From Candidatus Bathyarchaeota archaeon (GTDB lineage Archaea; Thermoproteota; Bathyarchaeia; Bathyarchaeales; Bathyarchaeaceae), in contig CAVOMX010000001.1 of assembly GCA_963697165.1 (NCBI GenBank), forward strand, positions 1 through 64,000: 64,000 nt of DNA, given 5' to 3'. The notes under the pieces were generated by a model that made no database searches, was not told the origin of the DNA, and was given only the letters and a program-made list of their open reading frames with translations. Made by a program: the position numbers and the translations under genes. Position 1 is the stretch's first letter. Each line of letters opens with the position of its first letter. Positions 9,921 to 21,137 of this stretch are shown here, piece after piece.

Positions 9921-11555
9921 TTAGTAGTCTTCAGGCATTCCGCCTGGAGGAGCGCCGCCTCTTGGTTTCGTAGAGGCGATCACGTCGTCGATTCTCAGGA
10001 TCATGGAGGCAACTTCCGCGGCTGACTTCATAGCCTGCTCCTTAACTTTTGATGGCTCAACGACGCCATTCTCGTAGCTGTTAACGATTTTTCCCTTGAA
10101 AACGTCGACGCCCATCAGGTGACCATTCTTCTTGTCGTGAGCTGCCCTCAAACCAACAAGAATGTCTATAGTCTCTAGACCAGCGTTTTCAGCCAAAGTC
10201 TTAGGCACAATCTCCAGTGAATCAGCGAATGCCTCAATAGCGAGTTGCTCCCTGCCGCCAACCTTTGTAGCGAAGGAACGAAGAACCTTTGCGATTTCGC
10301 TTTCTGTTGCGCCTCCTCCGGCAACAATCTTGTTATCTTGGACAACATCAGCAACCACAGACAGAGCATCATTCATTGCCCTGTCAGCCTCGTCAACCAT
10401 TCTTTCTAGACCAGCACGGATGAGAATCGCAACCGACCGGGGTTCTTTGCATTTCTCAACAAAGATCATTTTGTCATCCCCAACTTTACGCTCTTCCACA
10501 ACTCCTGCTTCACCCAAGTCTTCACTCTTCAAGTCGTCCAATTTTGTGATGACATTGCCACCAGTTGCTCTGGCCAGTTTCTCCATGTCTGACTGTTTTA
10601 CTCTTCTTGCAGCCATGATGCCTTCCTTTGCTAGGAAGTGCTGAGCCATATCATCAATACCCTTCTGACAGAAGAGAACTGTTGCGCCTGAAGCTTTAAC
10701 CGTTGTAACCATGTCTTTGAGCATTCTAGTCTCGTTATCCAAAAAGGCCTGCATCTGATTGGGGTCTCGTATCCTAATTTCGGCGGAGAACTCTGTTTTC
10801 TCCACTTCCAGAGGAGAATCAATCAGAGCAATTTTTGCGTTCACAACACGTTTAGGCATCCCCGCGTTAACAATCTCTTTGTCGATAATTATACCCTTGA
10901 TAAGCTCAGTATCAAAGAGACTTTTTCCCTCTTTCTTAACACGTTGAATATTATCAATGTCCGCTATCATTTTATCGCCGCGTTTCTCAGCAATCAGCTT
11001 AACGGCGTCAATAGTGATGTCAGATAGGTGATCCCGAGCATTACCCACTGCCTTGCTTCCCATAGAAGTCATGGAAACTTTTTTGAGTGTTTCGCGGTCA
11101 TCAATATTAACGGTTATCGCCAAATCAGCTAAAGCTTCAACAGCTTTCTCAACAGCTTTTCTGTATCCTTTAACAATAACTGTTGGATGAATATTCTGAT
11201 TCATCAACTCCTCAGCTTTCTGCAAAAGCTCCCCAGCCAAGATTACAGCGGTTGTGGTCCCATCGCCCACCATGTCATCCTGAGTCTTAGCTACTTCCAC
11301 CATCATCTTCGCAGCTGGATGTTGAACATCAATTTCGTCAAGTATTGCTGCACCATCGTTTGTTATGGTTATGTCGCCTAAACCGTCAATAAGCATCTTG
11401 TCCATACCGCGAGGACCAAGAGTGGTTCTCAAAACTTCGGCGATAACTTTGGCAGCCATAATGTTGTTTGTTTGAGCTTCCTTTCCGCGTTTACGGGAAG
11501 TTCCTTCTTTAAGAATTAGGACAGGTTGTCCGCCCTGTGTAGTCAAATATGCCAT
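9921..11555 (-). CDS. ths: Thermosome (group II chaperonin) subunit
   Basis: [37 protein letters not shown]. Confidence 0.97.
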   Translation of the reverse strand: MAYLTTQGGQPVLILKEGTSRKRGKEAQTNNIMAAKVIAEVLRTTLGPRGMDKMLIDGLGDITITNDGAAILDEIDVQHPAAKMMVEVAKTQDDMVGDGTTTAVILAGELLQKAEELMNQNIHPTVIVKGYRKAVEKAVEALADLAITVNIDDRETLKKVSMTSMGSKAVGNARDHLSDITIDAVKLIAEKRGDKMIADIDNIQRVKKEGKSLFDTELIKGIIIDKEIVNAGMPKRVVNAKIALIDSPLEVEKTEFSAEIRIRDPNQMQAFLDNETRMLKDMVTTVKASGATVLFCQKGIDDMAQHFLAKEGIMAARRVKQSDMEKLARATGGNVITKLDDLKSEDLGEAGVVEERKVGDDKMIFVEKCKEPRSVAILIRAGLERMVDEADRAMNDALSVVADVVQDNKIVAGGGATESEIAKVLRSFATKVGGREQLAIEAFADSLEIVPKTLAENAGLETIDILVGLRAAHDKKNGHLMGVDVFKGKIVNSYENGVVEPSKVKEQAMKSAAEVASMILRIDDVIASTKPRGGAPPGGMPEDY

Positions 11556-11680
11556 ACAAATCATTCCTTTTAATTGAATAAATTCCTAGCTACTGCACTT
11601 TCAACTGCGATATAAAGTTTTTCACTAACAATAAGAGACTTCTGCTGTGCCTCTTTTGGAAAAAAGGGAGATAAGAATGA

Positions 11681-11902
11681 TTATTTTTCCAAAACTTTTC
11701 TCGCGGCTATCTCAATGTCTTCGGCTTTAACGGTTTTTCTTCCAGCATGCATAGCATAATCGATAGATTCTTTAGCTATTTTTACACCGATGGCGTCAAG
11801 TTCTTTTGCCAAAGCTTTCGCAGCTGCCTCGCTTACTCGACTTGCTCCTGCTTTCTTGCAGATTCTGTGCATTGGAGCCACAGATAATTCAGGATGTCTC
11901 AT
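11681..11902 (-). CDS. Archaeal histone (HMfA/HMfB family)
   Basis: ELSVAPMHRICKKAGASRVSEAAAKAL...HAGRKTVKAEDI; start at MRHP with an upstream GGAG. Confidence 0.93.
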   Translation of the reverse strand: MRHPELSVAPMHRICKKAGASRVSEAAAKALAKELDAIGVKIAKESIDYAMHAGRKTVKAEDIEIAARKVLEK

Positions 11903-11940
11903 ACTACACTTCTCCGCAGTCTCTTTTTTCTTTAAGGCAG

Positions 11941-11954
11941 TATTTAAGTTTTTC
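11941..11954 (-). promoter_or_regulatory. BRE/TATA promoter of the histone gene
   Basis: Minus strand GAAAAACTTAAATA about 40 nt upstream of ATG 11902. Confidence 0.55.
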
Positions 11955-12107
11955 ATTCATTTTTAGACCGTTAATTTTCCCCTTTTTTCATTTAAGTCGT
12001 TTTTTTCCGTCTACAAAACAGATAGACAATTGGTGAGAGTTAAGTAACGGAGAGTATATGAATTGTTGGTGACAAGATAACTATCCATTAAACAGGGTGC
12101 TTTTAGG

Positions 12108-14789
12108 ATGGTTACAATAAATCTGGAAAAAATTTTTGAACCGGAAAGCATCGCTGTTATCGGAGCGAGCGACAAGGAAGGCACTGTTGGATATGCTTTA
12201 ATGAAGAACCTCACCGAAGGGGGATACGAAGGAAAAGTTTACCCAGTTAACATTCACAAAACACAAATTTTGGGTTTTAAAACATACCAAAACGTTGCTC
12301 AACTCCCAGAAACTGTTGACTTGGCAGTTATTGCTACGCCAGCTAAAACCGTTCCAGACATGGTGGATCAGTGTGGCAAAGCAGGAATCGTGGGAATAAT
12401 AATTATTTCAGCTGGGTTCAAAGAGGCAGGACCTGAAGGCAAAGAGTTAGAGAACAAAATTGTTGAAACTAAAAGAAAATATAACATGAGAATAGTTGGT
12501 CCAAACTGTTTAGGTGTTATTCGTCCAAGCATCAACCTTAATGCAACTTTTACAAACAAGCTTCCCAAGCAGGGAAACATAGCGTTTATTTCTCAGAGTG
12601 GAGCTTTAGGCTCAGCAATTCTGGATTGGGCAATTCACGAAAAGATTGGTTTTAGCAATTTTGTTTCCGTAGGCTCCATGATTGACGTTGACTTCGGAGA
12701 TTTGATAGACTACTTTGGCACTGATCCCAAAACCAGAAGCATATTAATGTACATTGAAGGAATCACCAACGCCAGAAAATTCATGAGCGCAGCAAGACAC
12801 TTTGCACGAACAAAGCCGATAATTGTTGTGAAGGCAGGAAAATTTGGCGAAACGGCCAAAGCAGTAGCATCTCACACGGGAGCAAAGGCAGGCGAAGATG
12901 TGGCGTATGGCGCAGCGTTTAAGCGTGTTGGAATAGTTCGCGTAGAAGAAATTGGAGACCTCTTCAACTGCGCAGAAGTTTTGGGAGTCCAACCATTGCC
13001 GAGTGGACCAAACCTAGCCATAATCACCAACGCTGGAGGTGCAGGAGTTATGGCTGCGGATGCGCTTATAGCAGGAGGAGGAAAGTTAGCGGAGTTAGAC
13101 CCAAAAACTGTCGAAAAACTCAACAAAGTTTTGCCTCCGCACTGGAGCAAAGCAAATCCAATAGACATTTTGGGAGACGCCAAAACTGACAGATACAAAA
13201 CAGCGATTACTGTATGTCTTGGCGACAAAAACATTGACGGCTTGTTGATAATTTATGCGCCTCAAGGTGTCGCGGATTCTGTTCAAATTGCAAAAAGCGT
13301 TAGCAAGCTTTGTGAAAAGAAAGATTTTGGTAAACCAATTTTGACGTCGTTTATGGGCTATGAAGAGGTAGAAGAAGCAAACAGGGTTCTTAACGAAAAC
13401 AACATTTCAACATATTCTACTCCAGAGCAGGCAATCAAAACATACCTGTACATGAACCAATACAAACGCAACCTCGAACTGCTTTACCAAACACCCGAAG
13501 AATTGCCAGTGGACAGTTCGCCTCCAAAACGTCCCATAACAGTAACAATCAGAGAAGCCGCAAAAGAAAACAGGGAAAACTTAACTGAAATAGAATCAAA
13601 AGGGATTCTGGAAAACTACAAAATTCCAGTCGTCAAAACGTTGACTGCTGAAACTGAAGATGAAACAGTTTTTGTAGCTGCACAGATAGGTTACCCGCTA
13701 GCTTTGAAGATTCTTTCGCCGCAGACTGTCCATAAATATGACGTTGAAGGAGTAGTAATTGACATCAAATCTGATGCTGAGCTTCGAGAAGCGTTTCGTA
13801 AAGTTATGCAGCAAACTAAAGAACAAAAGCCAGATGCACAAATTCTTGGAGTCACAATTCAGAGCATGATCAAAAAACAAGGCCACAAAATGAGGCTAGG
13901 AGCAAAAACTGATTCCCTTTTTGGTCCACTGATACTGTTTGGGATGGACGATGTTGGCATCGAAATTTTTGACGACATCGCGGTAGGTCTTCCACCATTG
14001 AATCAGGCATTGGCTAGAAGAATAATAGAAGAAACACGAGGCTACAAACTGTTAAAGGGCTACAAAAATGTGGCGCCAGCAAATCTTAAGCTGCTAGAAG
14101 AGATAATGGTGCGGTTGTCTCAGTTGCTTGTTGATTTTCCGCAAATAAAAGAAGTCGACATCAACCCACTGTTCATCAACGAAGAAGAGGTGTTAGCTCT
14201 TGATGCAAAAATAGTAATCGACAAGGAGCGGGTTTCAACAAAATTTGAGCCTCACGAACATTTGGTGATAAGCCCTTACCCAAAAAAGTATGAAACCCCG
14301 TGGAAACTGCGGGATGGCAGAAGCGTTCTGTTAAGACCAATAAAGCCTGAAGATGAACATTTGTGGCTTGAGATGTTCCAAAACTTTTCAGAACAGTCCA
14401 TACGCTACAGGTTTTTCCAGATCATCAAAGACACCCCGCATGAAGTTAGGGTTCGTTACTCCAACATCGACTATGACAGAGAAATAGGCATCGTGGCAGA
14501 ACTAAAAGAGGGACGACGCCAAATTTTGGGTGTTGTGAGGCTTATAATTGAGTCGGATGGAAAAACTGGTGAAATGGCGTTTATTGTTGCAGATCCTTGG
14601 CAGGGACTGGGGTTAGGGTCGAAGATGGTAGATTATATGATTGAAATCTGCAAAGACAAGGGACTAGAAACGGTTTACGCCTTCATACTGCCCGACAATC
14701 ACAGGGCAATTAGTCTTTTGAAAAAGATGGGATTCACCATCAAACATATACAAGACGTAGCAAAAGCTACTCTCAATCTGAAGGAATAA
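12108..14789 (+). CDS. Pat/PatZ-type fusion: NDP-forming acyl-CoA synthetase domains plus C-terminal GNAT acetyltransferase
   Basis: IAVIGAS, GPNCLG, SQSGA, SHTG, TNAGGAG, NPIDILG, ATP-grasp DINPL, then LRDGRSVLLRPIKPED...WQGLGLG GNAT. Confidence 0.92.
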   Translation: MVTINLEKIFEPESIAVIGASDKEGTVGYALMKNLTEGGYEGKVYPVNIHKTQILGFKTYQNVAQLPETVDLAVIATPAKTVPDMVDQCGKAGIVGIIIISAGFKEAGPEGKELENKIVETKRKYNMRIVGPNCLGVIRPSINLNATFTNKLPKQGNIAFISQSGALGSAILDWAIHEKIGFSNFVSVGSMIDVDFGDLIDYFGTDPKTRSILMYIEGITNARKFMSAARHFARTKPIIVVKAGKFGETAKAVASHTGAKAGEDVAYGAAFKRVGIVRVEEIGDLFNCAEVLGVQPLPSGPNLAIITNAGGAGVMAADALIAGGGKLAELDPKTVEKLNKVLPPHWSKANPIDILGDAKTDRYKTAITVCLGDKNIDGLLIIYAPQGVADSVQIAKSVSKLCEKKDFGKPILTSFMGYEEVEEANRVLNENNISTYSTPEQAIKTYLYMNQYKRNLELLYQTPEELPVDSSPPKRPITVTIREAAKENRENLTEIESKGILENYKIPVVKTLTAETEDETVFVAAQIGYPLALKILSPQTVHKYDVEGVVIDIKSDAELREAFRKVMQQTKEQKPDAQILGVTIQSMIKKQGHKMRLGAKTDSLFGPLILFGMDDVGIEIFDDIAVGLPPLNQALARRIIEETRGYKLLKGYKNVAPANLKLLEEIMVRLSQLLVDFPQIKEVDINPLFINEEEVLALDAKIVIDKERVSTKFEPHEHLVISPYPKKYETPWKLRDGRSVLLRPIKPEDEHLWLEMFQNFSEQSIRYRFFQIIKDTPHEVRVRYSNIDYDREIGIVAELKEGRRQILGVVRLIIESDGKTGEMAFIVADPWQGLGLGSKMVDYMIEICKDKGLETVYAFILPDNHRAISLLKKMGFTIKHIQDVAKATLNLKE

Positions 14790-14817
14790 AAAAACTGCTG
14801 AGTCGACGATTCAGGGT

Positions 14818-15351
14818 TCAACGTCTCTGTGTCAAAGATTGCAGAACATATTCAAAAATTTCTAGGGTTTCTTTGTTGTAAAGGCAAAAAACCACTTTCT
14901 CTAGGCCTGTTGGTCCTTCTAGATACGCTATTGTTGTTGAAAGCATTATTGTGGCGCAGCGGTCTTTTGGAAAACCAAATATTCCAGTGCTTATAGCAGG
15001 AAAAGTTATGCTCTTCAAATGGTTTTTGTCAGCCAACATTAACGAGTTTAAGGTTGCATCTTTTAGTTTTTCGTCCTCATGGTGGTCCCCAAATATTGGA
15101 CCAACAGCATGAATCACATACGTAGCAGCCAAGTTTCCACCAGTTGTGATTACGGCTCCGCCCACATGGGTACCACACATCTTGTTGCATTCTTCCTGAA
15201 TTTTTGGTCCTCCCCGTCTTCTGATGGCTCCTGCAACTCCGCCGCCCAACTGTAATGAAGCGTTTGCAGCGTTAACTATGGCGTCTGTTGTTTGGTCGGT
15301 TATGTCGCCCTGAATCAGCGCTATGACAGCATTATTAATTCTGAATTTCAT
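14818..15351 (-). CDS. Macrodomain protein (MacroD/YmdB-like O-acetyl-ADP-ribose deacetylase / ADP-ribosylhydrolase)
   Basis: GDIT, IVNAAN, GGGVAGAI, HAVGP, FPAISTGIFGFP. Confidence 0.92.
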   Translation of the reverse strand: MKFRINNAVIALIQGDITDQTTDAIVNAANASLQLGGGVAGAIRRRGGPKIQEECNKMCGTHVGGAVITTGGNLAATYVIHAVGPIFGDHHEDEKLKDATLNSLMLADKNHLKSITFPAISTGIFGFPKDRCATIMLSTTIAYLEGPTGLEKVVFCLYNKETLEIFEYVLQSLTQRR

Positions 15352-15523
15352 GTTTCAGCATCAACAAAGATAGAGTGCGTGGACAGATTAGTTTCTTGCA
15401 GCTAACATATAACAAAATGATAGCTAACAGACTATTGCGTACATTCATAATTATAAGTTATAATAAAAAATGAGGAAAGATGTCGTTCAAGGAAAATTAA
15501 AGTTTTATCGAGGAGCGTATTTT

Positions 15524-15757
15524 CTACTGGACTGACTCTACTTTTTTTACTTCGGGTATGTGTTTTTTGAGGAAGTTTTCAACGCCCCACTGTAGGGTCA
15601 TGGCCGACATTGGGCATCCGCTGCATGAGCCTTTAAGTTTCACTTTTACGATGCCGTTATCGAATCCAACGTATTCTAGGTCTCCGCCGTCAGCCTGCAG
15701 TTGAGGCCTCACTTGTTCAAGAGCTTTTTTCACTCGGGTTTCTATAGGTTCACTCAT
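15524..15757 (-). CDS. NifU C-terminal/Nfu-type Fe-S carrier
   Basis: VRPQLQADGGD...LKGSCSGCPMS. Confidence 0.92.
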   Translation of the reverse strand: MSEPIETRVKKALEQVRPQLQADGGDLEYVGFDNGIVKVKLKGSCSGCPMSAMTLQWGVENFLKKHIPEVKKVESVQ

Positions 15758-15942
15758 CAGATTCACCCTTTAATAATTTAGTTACGAGTCTAGAATATAA
15801 ACGATAATAAAAAAAGTTTTTGATTTTAATAGAATTTTTTTATTGGCACATTTTTTGGTATGTTGTTGAAGAACTACAATTGTGCGGCCACAATTAATCT
15901 CATTAAGAATCTAAATCAAACAACATTTTAGGAGATTACTAG

Positions 15943-16565
15943 ATGAAAGAAAATAAACCAGAAATTCTTGTTCTCTTCTACTCGCTGTATGGTCACACAT
16001 TCAGGATGGCAAAAGCAGTAGTTGAAGGAGTCAAAGAGGCAGGCGGTGAACCAATTCTCAAACAGGCTGCCGAGCTTGTTCCTGAAGAATACTGGAGTGA
16101 AACGGTAAAAGAAAAAAAGAACTGATGAAGGATATTTCTGTCGCCGATTCACGAAACGACCTTAAAGAAATTGACGACATAATCGTGGACACTCCAACTC
16201 GTTTTGGCAACATGTGCACTCAGATGAGAAACTTTTGGAACCAGACAGGAGGCGAACGGCAAACAATACTCTCGTCGGCAAACCCGGGGCAGTTTTCGTA
16301 GGATCCAACACACAGCACGGCGGACAAGAAACCACTATAATCTCAGCTCATCTACCACTTCTGTATCATGGCTGCGTTATAGTTGGTTTGCCTTACACAT
16401 TCAAAGAGCAGACAACAATTGAAGAAATTACGGAGGGGTTCACCATACGGAGCTTCAACTATTGCAGGCCCAATCGGAGAACGCATGCCCACAGTTAACG
16501 AACTGAAAATGGCAAAAGGACTAGGAAAACACCTAACAACAATAGCAAAGAAACTATCAGCCTAA
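15943..16565 (+). pseudogene. wrbA: WrbA-type NAD(P)H:quinone oxidoreductase, frameshifted and apparently decaying
   Basis: [24 protein letters not shown] and GSPYGAST are spread over several frames; conserved GTPTRFG reads DTPTRFG. Confidence 0.75.
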
Positions 16566-16584
16566 AACAAAGAATTGAATCTGC

Positions 16585-17499
16585 TCAAAACTTCAGTGCA
16601 GCAATGGCATTCTTTACTTTGGCAACGGATTTCTCAAAAAGCATCTTAGACTCGGCGGATAGTTTAAGTTCAACAATTCTTTCAACACCATTTTTTCCCA
16701 AAACAACAGGAACACCAATAGAAACAGCAGAGCAACTATATTCTCCTTCGGGGCACGTGGAAACGCTCATCACACGGTTTCTTCCCTTCAGGACAGCGTC
16801 CGCCATCAATGCAATAACTGCGCCGGGAGCGTAAGTGGTAGCGCCCTTAAGCTGTATTACATCAGCACCAGACGTTCTCGTTTTGTTAACGATCTTATTG
16901 ATTCGATTTTTTGACAGCAGGGTAGTGATAGGTATTCCCGAGACACAAGCATACTCGACCAGAGGAACCATAGACTCGCCATGCTCGCCAATAACCAAGC
17001 CGTAAGTATCTTCTCTTGAAACGCCAAGTTCTTGAGCAATATAAGAACGGAAACGAAGCGTGTCAAGAATGTTTCCCATACCGAAAACGTGGTTTGGAGG
17101 CAAACCCGATTCTTTGCGTGCAATAAAGGTCATCACATCAACAGGATTTGTAACAATCATGAGTTTGCAGTCTGGCGCGTAACGTGCAACTTCTTTAACT
17201 ACCGAACGAATGACCTTAGCATTGATGTTCATAAGGTCTATTCGGGTCATACCCGGCTTTCTGCCTAGACCAGCAATAACGATAACAAGCTCAGAGCCCT
17301 CCATTTCTCTAAAGTCGTCGGTTCCCTGAATTGTTCCATCAAACTCGATGGCGGGTGCAGCCTGCATCATATCCAAAGCCTCACCCTTTGCCAAATCCGC
17401 GTTAAGATCAATGAGAACTAGATCACTTATTCGATCTTTCAGGATATCAAAGGCGGCTGTGCTGCCAACTTTTCCAGCACCAACAATAGTTATCATCAA
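16585..17499 (-). CDS. mdh: Malate dehydrogenase (LDH-like)
   Basis: GAGKVG, RKPGMTRIDL, VTNPVD, LDTLRF, GEHG. Confidence 0.92.
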   Translation of the reverse strand: MMITIVGAGKVGSTAAFDILKDRISDLVLIDLNADLAKGEALDMMQAAPAIEFDGTIQGTDDFREMEGSELVIVIAGLGRKPGMTRIDLMNINAKVIRSVVKEVARYAPDCKLMIVTNPVDVMTFIARKESGLPPNHVFGMGNILDTLRFRSYIAQELGVSREDTYGLVIGEHGESMVPLVEYACVSGIPITTLLSKNRINKIVNKTRTSGADVIQLKGATTYAPGAVIALMADAVLKGRNRVMSVSTCPEGEYSCSAVSIGVPVVLGKNGVERIVELKLSAESKMLFEKSVAKVKNAIAALKF

Positions 17500-17668
17500 A
17501 AACCCCCAGAGGATAAGTTGTGTTTCGAGACTAAAGTATTTTTTTGATTGTGTTCAATGAAACTAGAGTATATTCAAGATGTCTCATGCAAATCCAAGGG
17601 GGTTAGCTTTACGGCAAGTTTTGAGAATAAACGTTTTTACTTGATGGCGTCATGCATCTGTTGTTGGG

Positions 17669-18517
17669 TTGGTCTGTTTGAGGATCGGTTTTCATGTCTC
17701 AATTCATGGTTCTATTGATACATCAGTGGACAGAGCAGCAGAATTGGGATGCAACACCTTCCAAATTTTTACGAGAAACCCCAGACAATGGCATTCAGCA
17801 AAACTTGCCCCAGAGACGGCTCAAGTCTTCTCTGATAAAGTGAAGAGGTATGGCATAGAAACTGTTTTTGCTCATATGCCTTACCTTCCGAATTTGGCGT
17901 CTCCCAAAGACGAAGTCTACGAAAAATCCGTGAAGACTCTCATGTCAGAACTTGAAAGATGCAGACAACTAGATATTCCATACTTGGTAACTCATCTGGG
18001 TAGCCACGTTGGAGCAGGCATGCAGACGGGTTTCACACGATTAATCAACGGCCTCAACCAAGGTCTCAACAGTGCAGACGGAGACGTCATGCTTCTACTC
18101 GAAAACACAGCAGGAACAAAGAACAGCATGGGAAGCTCCTTCGAGGACATCCAGCACATAATCGAACAAATAGCTCATCCAGAACTTGTTGGAGTGTGCT
18201 TTGATACTAGCCACGCCTTTGCTGCGGGGTATGACCTCAGAACTCAGGTAACTGTGGAAACAACAATCAAAAAGATTGATGATGTAATCGGTTTTGATAG
18301 GATTAAACTTGTTCACCTTAATGACTCGAAGGGAGACTTGAACTCCCGCATAGACCGCCACGAACACATAGGCATGGGAAAGATTGGGGAAGAAGGATTC
18401 AGAAACTTGTTAGTAAGCAGGCTGGGCAAGTTGCCTCTGATAATGGAAACGCCTAAAGATGCTAGACGCAGCGACGTTGGCAATCTAGAGAAAGTGAAAG
18501 AATTGGCTGTTGCGTAG
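17669..18517 (+). CDS. nfo: Endonuclease IV (AP endonuclease)
   Basis: GFHVS, HMPYLPNLAS, LENTAG, DTSHAFAAG, HLNDSK, DRHEHIG, METP. Confidence 0.95.
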   Translation: MVCLRIGFHVSIHGSIDTSVDRAAELGCNTFQIFTRNPRQWHSAKLAPETAQVFSDKVKRYGIETVFAHMPYLPNLASPKDEVYEKSVKTLMSELERCRQLDIPYLVTHLGSHVGAGMQTGFTRLINGLNQGLNSADGDVMLLLENTAGTKNSMGSSFEDIQHIIEQIAHPELVGVCFDTSHAFAAGYDLRTQVTVETTIKKIDDVIGFDRIKLVHLNDSKGDLNSRIDRHEHIGMGKIGEEGFRNLLVSRLGKLPLIMETPKDARRSDVGNLEKVKELAVA

Positions 18518-19663
18518 TTATGTTCGTTGTTCGATTGGAACAACCTTTTTTCCAAATTCGCCAGTATATTTTGATGTTGGACGAATAAGAACTGCATCTA
18601 CATACTGCTCCAGCACATGAGCAACCCATCCGGTTACTCTGCTACAAGCAAAGAATGACGTGAAAAATTCTCGGGGAAAGCCCAAGGCATGCATGACTAA
18701 TGCCGCATAAAAGTCCACATTAGGAAAAATTCCCTTCTTGTCAAGGACAGTCAGCTCAATCTTTTTGCATTTATTGTAGATAGGCAAAGTGTCTTTCTGA
18801 TAGCACAGCCTTTCAGCTATCACTCTAAGATGTTTTGACCGTGGGTCCTCGGCGTTATAAACACGGTGACCAAAACCCATGATTTTCTTTTTGTCATCCA
18901 GCATGCTCTGTATATATTGTTCTACTTCATCGAGGCTGTTTATTTCATAGAGCATACTCATCACCTTTTCGCTAGCTCCACCATGAAGCGACCCCTTGAG
19001 TGTCCCAACTGCAGAAGTCACAGTAGAGTATAGGTCTGAACCAGTTCCGGCGGTCACGCGAGCAGCAAAAGTAGAAGCATTAAGTCCGTGATCCGCATGC
19101 AGTATCATATAGCGTTCCATGGCGTTTTTTTCTTGTTGATCTACTGGTCTTCCTTGGAACATGTAAAGAATGTTTTCAGCAAAACTGAATTCTTTAACTG
19201 GAGCAACGGCATCCTGTTTTGTGCGGGTTCTATAAATAAACGAAATTATTGTAGGAAGTTTAGCTATTATCCGAATGGCGCGTCGTTTGTTTGCAGCATC
19301 TGAAGTATCATCTGGTTCTGGGTCAAATTCTCCAAGATGAGAAATTTCGGTGCGCAAAATTTCCATTGGATGGCAAGCAGTTGAAGCAGTTTGTATTCGT
19401 TGTACAACTTGTTTAGGTAATCGCATGCCAGAGAAAAGATCTGATTTAAGGTTACTTAGTTCGGTTTGTGTAGGCAACTTGTTGTTTAGCAAAAGGTAAA
19501 CTACTTCTTCATATGTTGTTTGATCCACCAAATCGTCGATATTATAGCCTGAATAATAAAGTGCACCAAGTGGATCTACAAAACTTATTCGCGTTGTAGC
19601 GGCCGTAACACCCCTAAGTCCTCTGATTACAACTCGTTCATGGTTTTCATCTGTCATGCTCAT
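18518..19663 (-). CDS. Citrate synthase / 2-methylcitrate synthase family
   Basis: GLRGV, HADHGLNASTF, LHGGA, GFGHRVY, DPR, NVDFY. Confidence 0.92.
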   Translation of the reverse strand: MSMTDENHERVVIRGLRGVTAATTRISFVDPLGALYYSGYNIDDLVDQTTYEEVVYLLLNNKLPTQTELSNLKSDLFSGMRLPKQVVQRIQTASTACHPMEILRTEISHLGEFDPEPDDTSDAANKRRAIRIIAKLPTIISFIYRTRTKQDAVAPVKEFSFAENILYMFQGRPVDQQEKNAMERYMILHADHGLNASTFAARVTAGTGSDLYSTVTSAVGTLKGSLHGGASEKVMSMLYEINSLDEVEQYIQSMLDDKKKIMGFGHRVYNAEDPRSKHLRVIAERLCYQKDTLPIYNKCKKIELTVLDKKGIFPNVDFYAALVMHALGFPREFFTSFFACSRVTGWVAHVLEQYVDAVLIRPTSKYTGEFGKKVVPIEQRT

Positions 19664-19839
19664 CAGCTAAGTTCTCAGATATTCTTTGACAAAATTTCGT
19701 GTACAACTAGATTAAGGTTTTCTCCAAATAACACTAACGTTAATGCATTAACAATACGCGCCAAAACAGAACCCTACACATTATGCCATCAAGTTCCCTA
19801 AAAAAGGGGAAAAGTATTAGCCTGCAATGGTTAACTCAT

Positions 19840-20049
19840 ATGAACGAGGATAGGCAGTTGCAGATTAGAACAGTTGCAGCAATTATTGTTTGGGTTGTAG
19901 TTGCGTTACTCTTGCTGAATAGGGTCTTAAGGTCCCAATGGGTGTTGCCGATATCAATTGCTTTGACGATAATTGCAATTCTAGTTTACTTTAGTCCACG
20001 TCTAAGGAAAGAAAAAAAATCATACACAAAAGAGGCTGAATTAGCCTAA
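19840..20049 (+). CDS. Small two-TM hypothetical protein
   Basis: Two hydrophobic segments and a basic tail. Confidence 0.5.
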   Translation: MNEDRQLQIRTVAAIIVWVVVALLLLNRVLRSQWVLPISIALTIIAILVYFSPRLRKEKKSYTKEAELA

Positions 20050-20256
20050 ATCATAACATTCACAGGCTCCAGGTTAGGAGGACAACAAATACCGCAACAG
20101 ATTACAGACATGGTATCGACTATGTCAGCGGCTCTACTCGGGGGTGGATTACCAGACACAATCAATTCCAGCGGAAACACAGTGATAAGCTGTGGTTTAG
20201 GAATTGGTCCATACCTGTTTATCGTTGCGCCTGCAATAAAGATCATTGCGGAGTAG
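20050..20256 (+). pseudogene. Startless remnant of a membrane protein C-terminus
   Basis: Open + frame ...QQITDMVSTMSAALLGG...ISCGLGIGPYLFIVAPAIKIIAE* with a terminal TM helix. Confidence 0.35.
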
Positions 20257-20331
20257 TACTTAGACAAATCAAAGTTCCAGAAACAGAGAAAATAAAAACG
20301 GTTGAAAACCAAAAAAATCTGGTTTTCTTTT

Positions 20332-20634
20332 TTAGCAAATCATTAGGGGAATGTTGCTTTCGCTAGTTATATGCAGGGCTTTGTCGACTTCGTTGAAGTA
20401 TTTAACTACTGTTCTTCCTTTTTCTGTGATGGCGTATCGAACTTTTGTCTGGTTTCTTCTCTTAACTGTAACCTGTTCCTCGATTAGATTCTGTTCAATC
20501 ATAAAATCCAAGTTCTGCTTTAGGACGCTACAGTTAACATTTGCCTTATACATGACGTGAGTTAATTTCATTGGCCCATTCTGCACCATAACCTTGAGGA
20601 TATCGATATACATTTCCATTTTCGATCTTCGCAT
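20332..20634 (-). CDS. Winged-helix transcriptional regulator (ArnR1/HVO_A0261-like)
   Basis: MRRSKMEMYIDIL...KLTHVMYKANVNCSVL...YAITEKG. Confidence 0.85.
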   Translation of the reverse strand: MRRSKMEMYIDILKVMVQNGPMKLTHVMYKANVNCSVLKQNLDFMIEQNLIEEQVTVKRRNQTKVRYAITEKGRTVVKYFNEVDKALHITSESNIPLMIC

Positions 20635-21137
20635 ATTTGATTAAACCTCTAACATTAGACTATTGGCACGTAAAGAAGCAAATTTTTCAGTTTTTGAATG
20701 TCTAAAAATCATGCCTCTCCTTTTACGTGAGTAGTCAGTTACTTACAACAGTTTTGCCTAAAAGGTTTGTTAAGTCTATAAGATATACCAACATGTTATG
20801 TTTCTTGATGTTTCACAGTCTTTTCCTGAACAAGAGGGGCAATGCTTAAAGAAAAATGTGTAAGAACATAAGCAAAAAATTGCCACAAAAACAGCAAAAC
20901 ACTCACGGTTTAGTTTCATTGCACATTTAATTGTTTGCGCAGAAACACGCTTTCTCATCAGAAAGCCCATAAATATTGTAGTAGAAATATTGTAAAAAGT
21001 CAGCTAGACTTGCTGCGTTAACAGAGAAATAGTATTCAACGTTCCATCAGCGGGAGGTTAGACACCAGATTACATTCAAAGATGTGCACAAATGGTTTAT
21101 GTGATATCCCATTGTCTGTTTTTCAAGTGAAACCCTG

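Noticed and set aside
11903..11956. Lysine-containing N-terminal histone tail (MKNLNTALKKKETAEKCS) in the ORF track
   Set aside because: The extension overlaps the apparent BRE/TATA box (11941-11954) and a GGAG precedes ATG 11902, so the shorter start is more plausible
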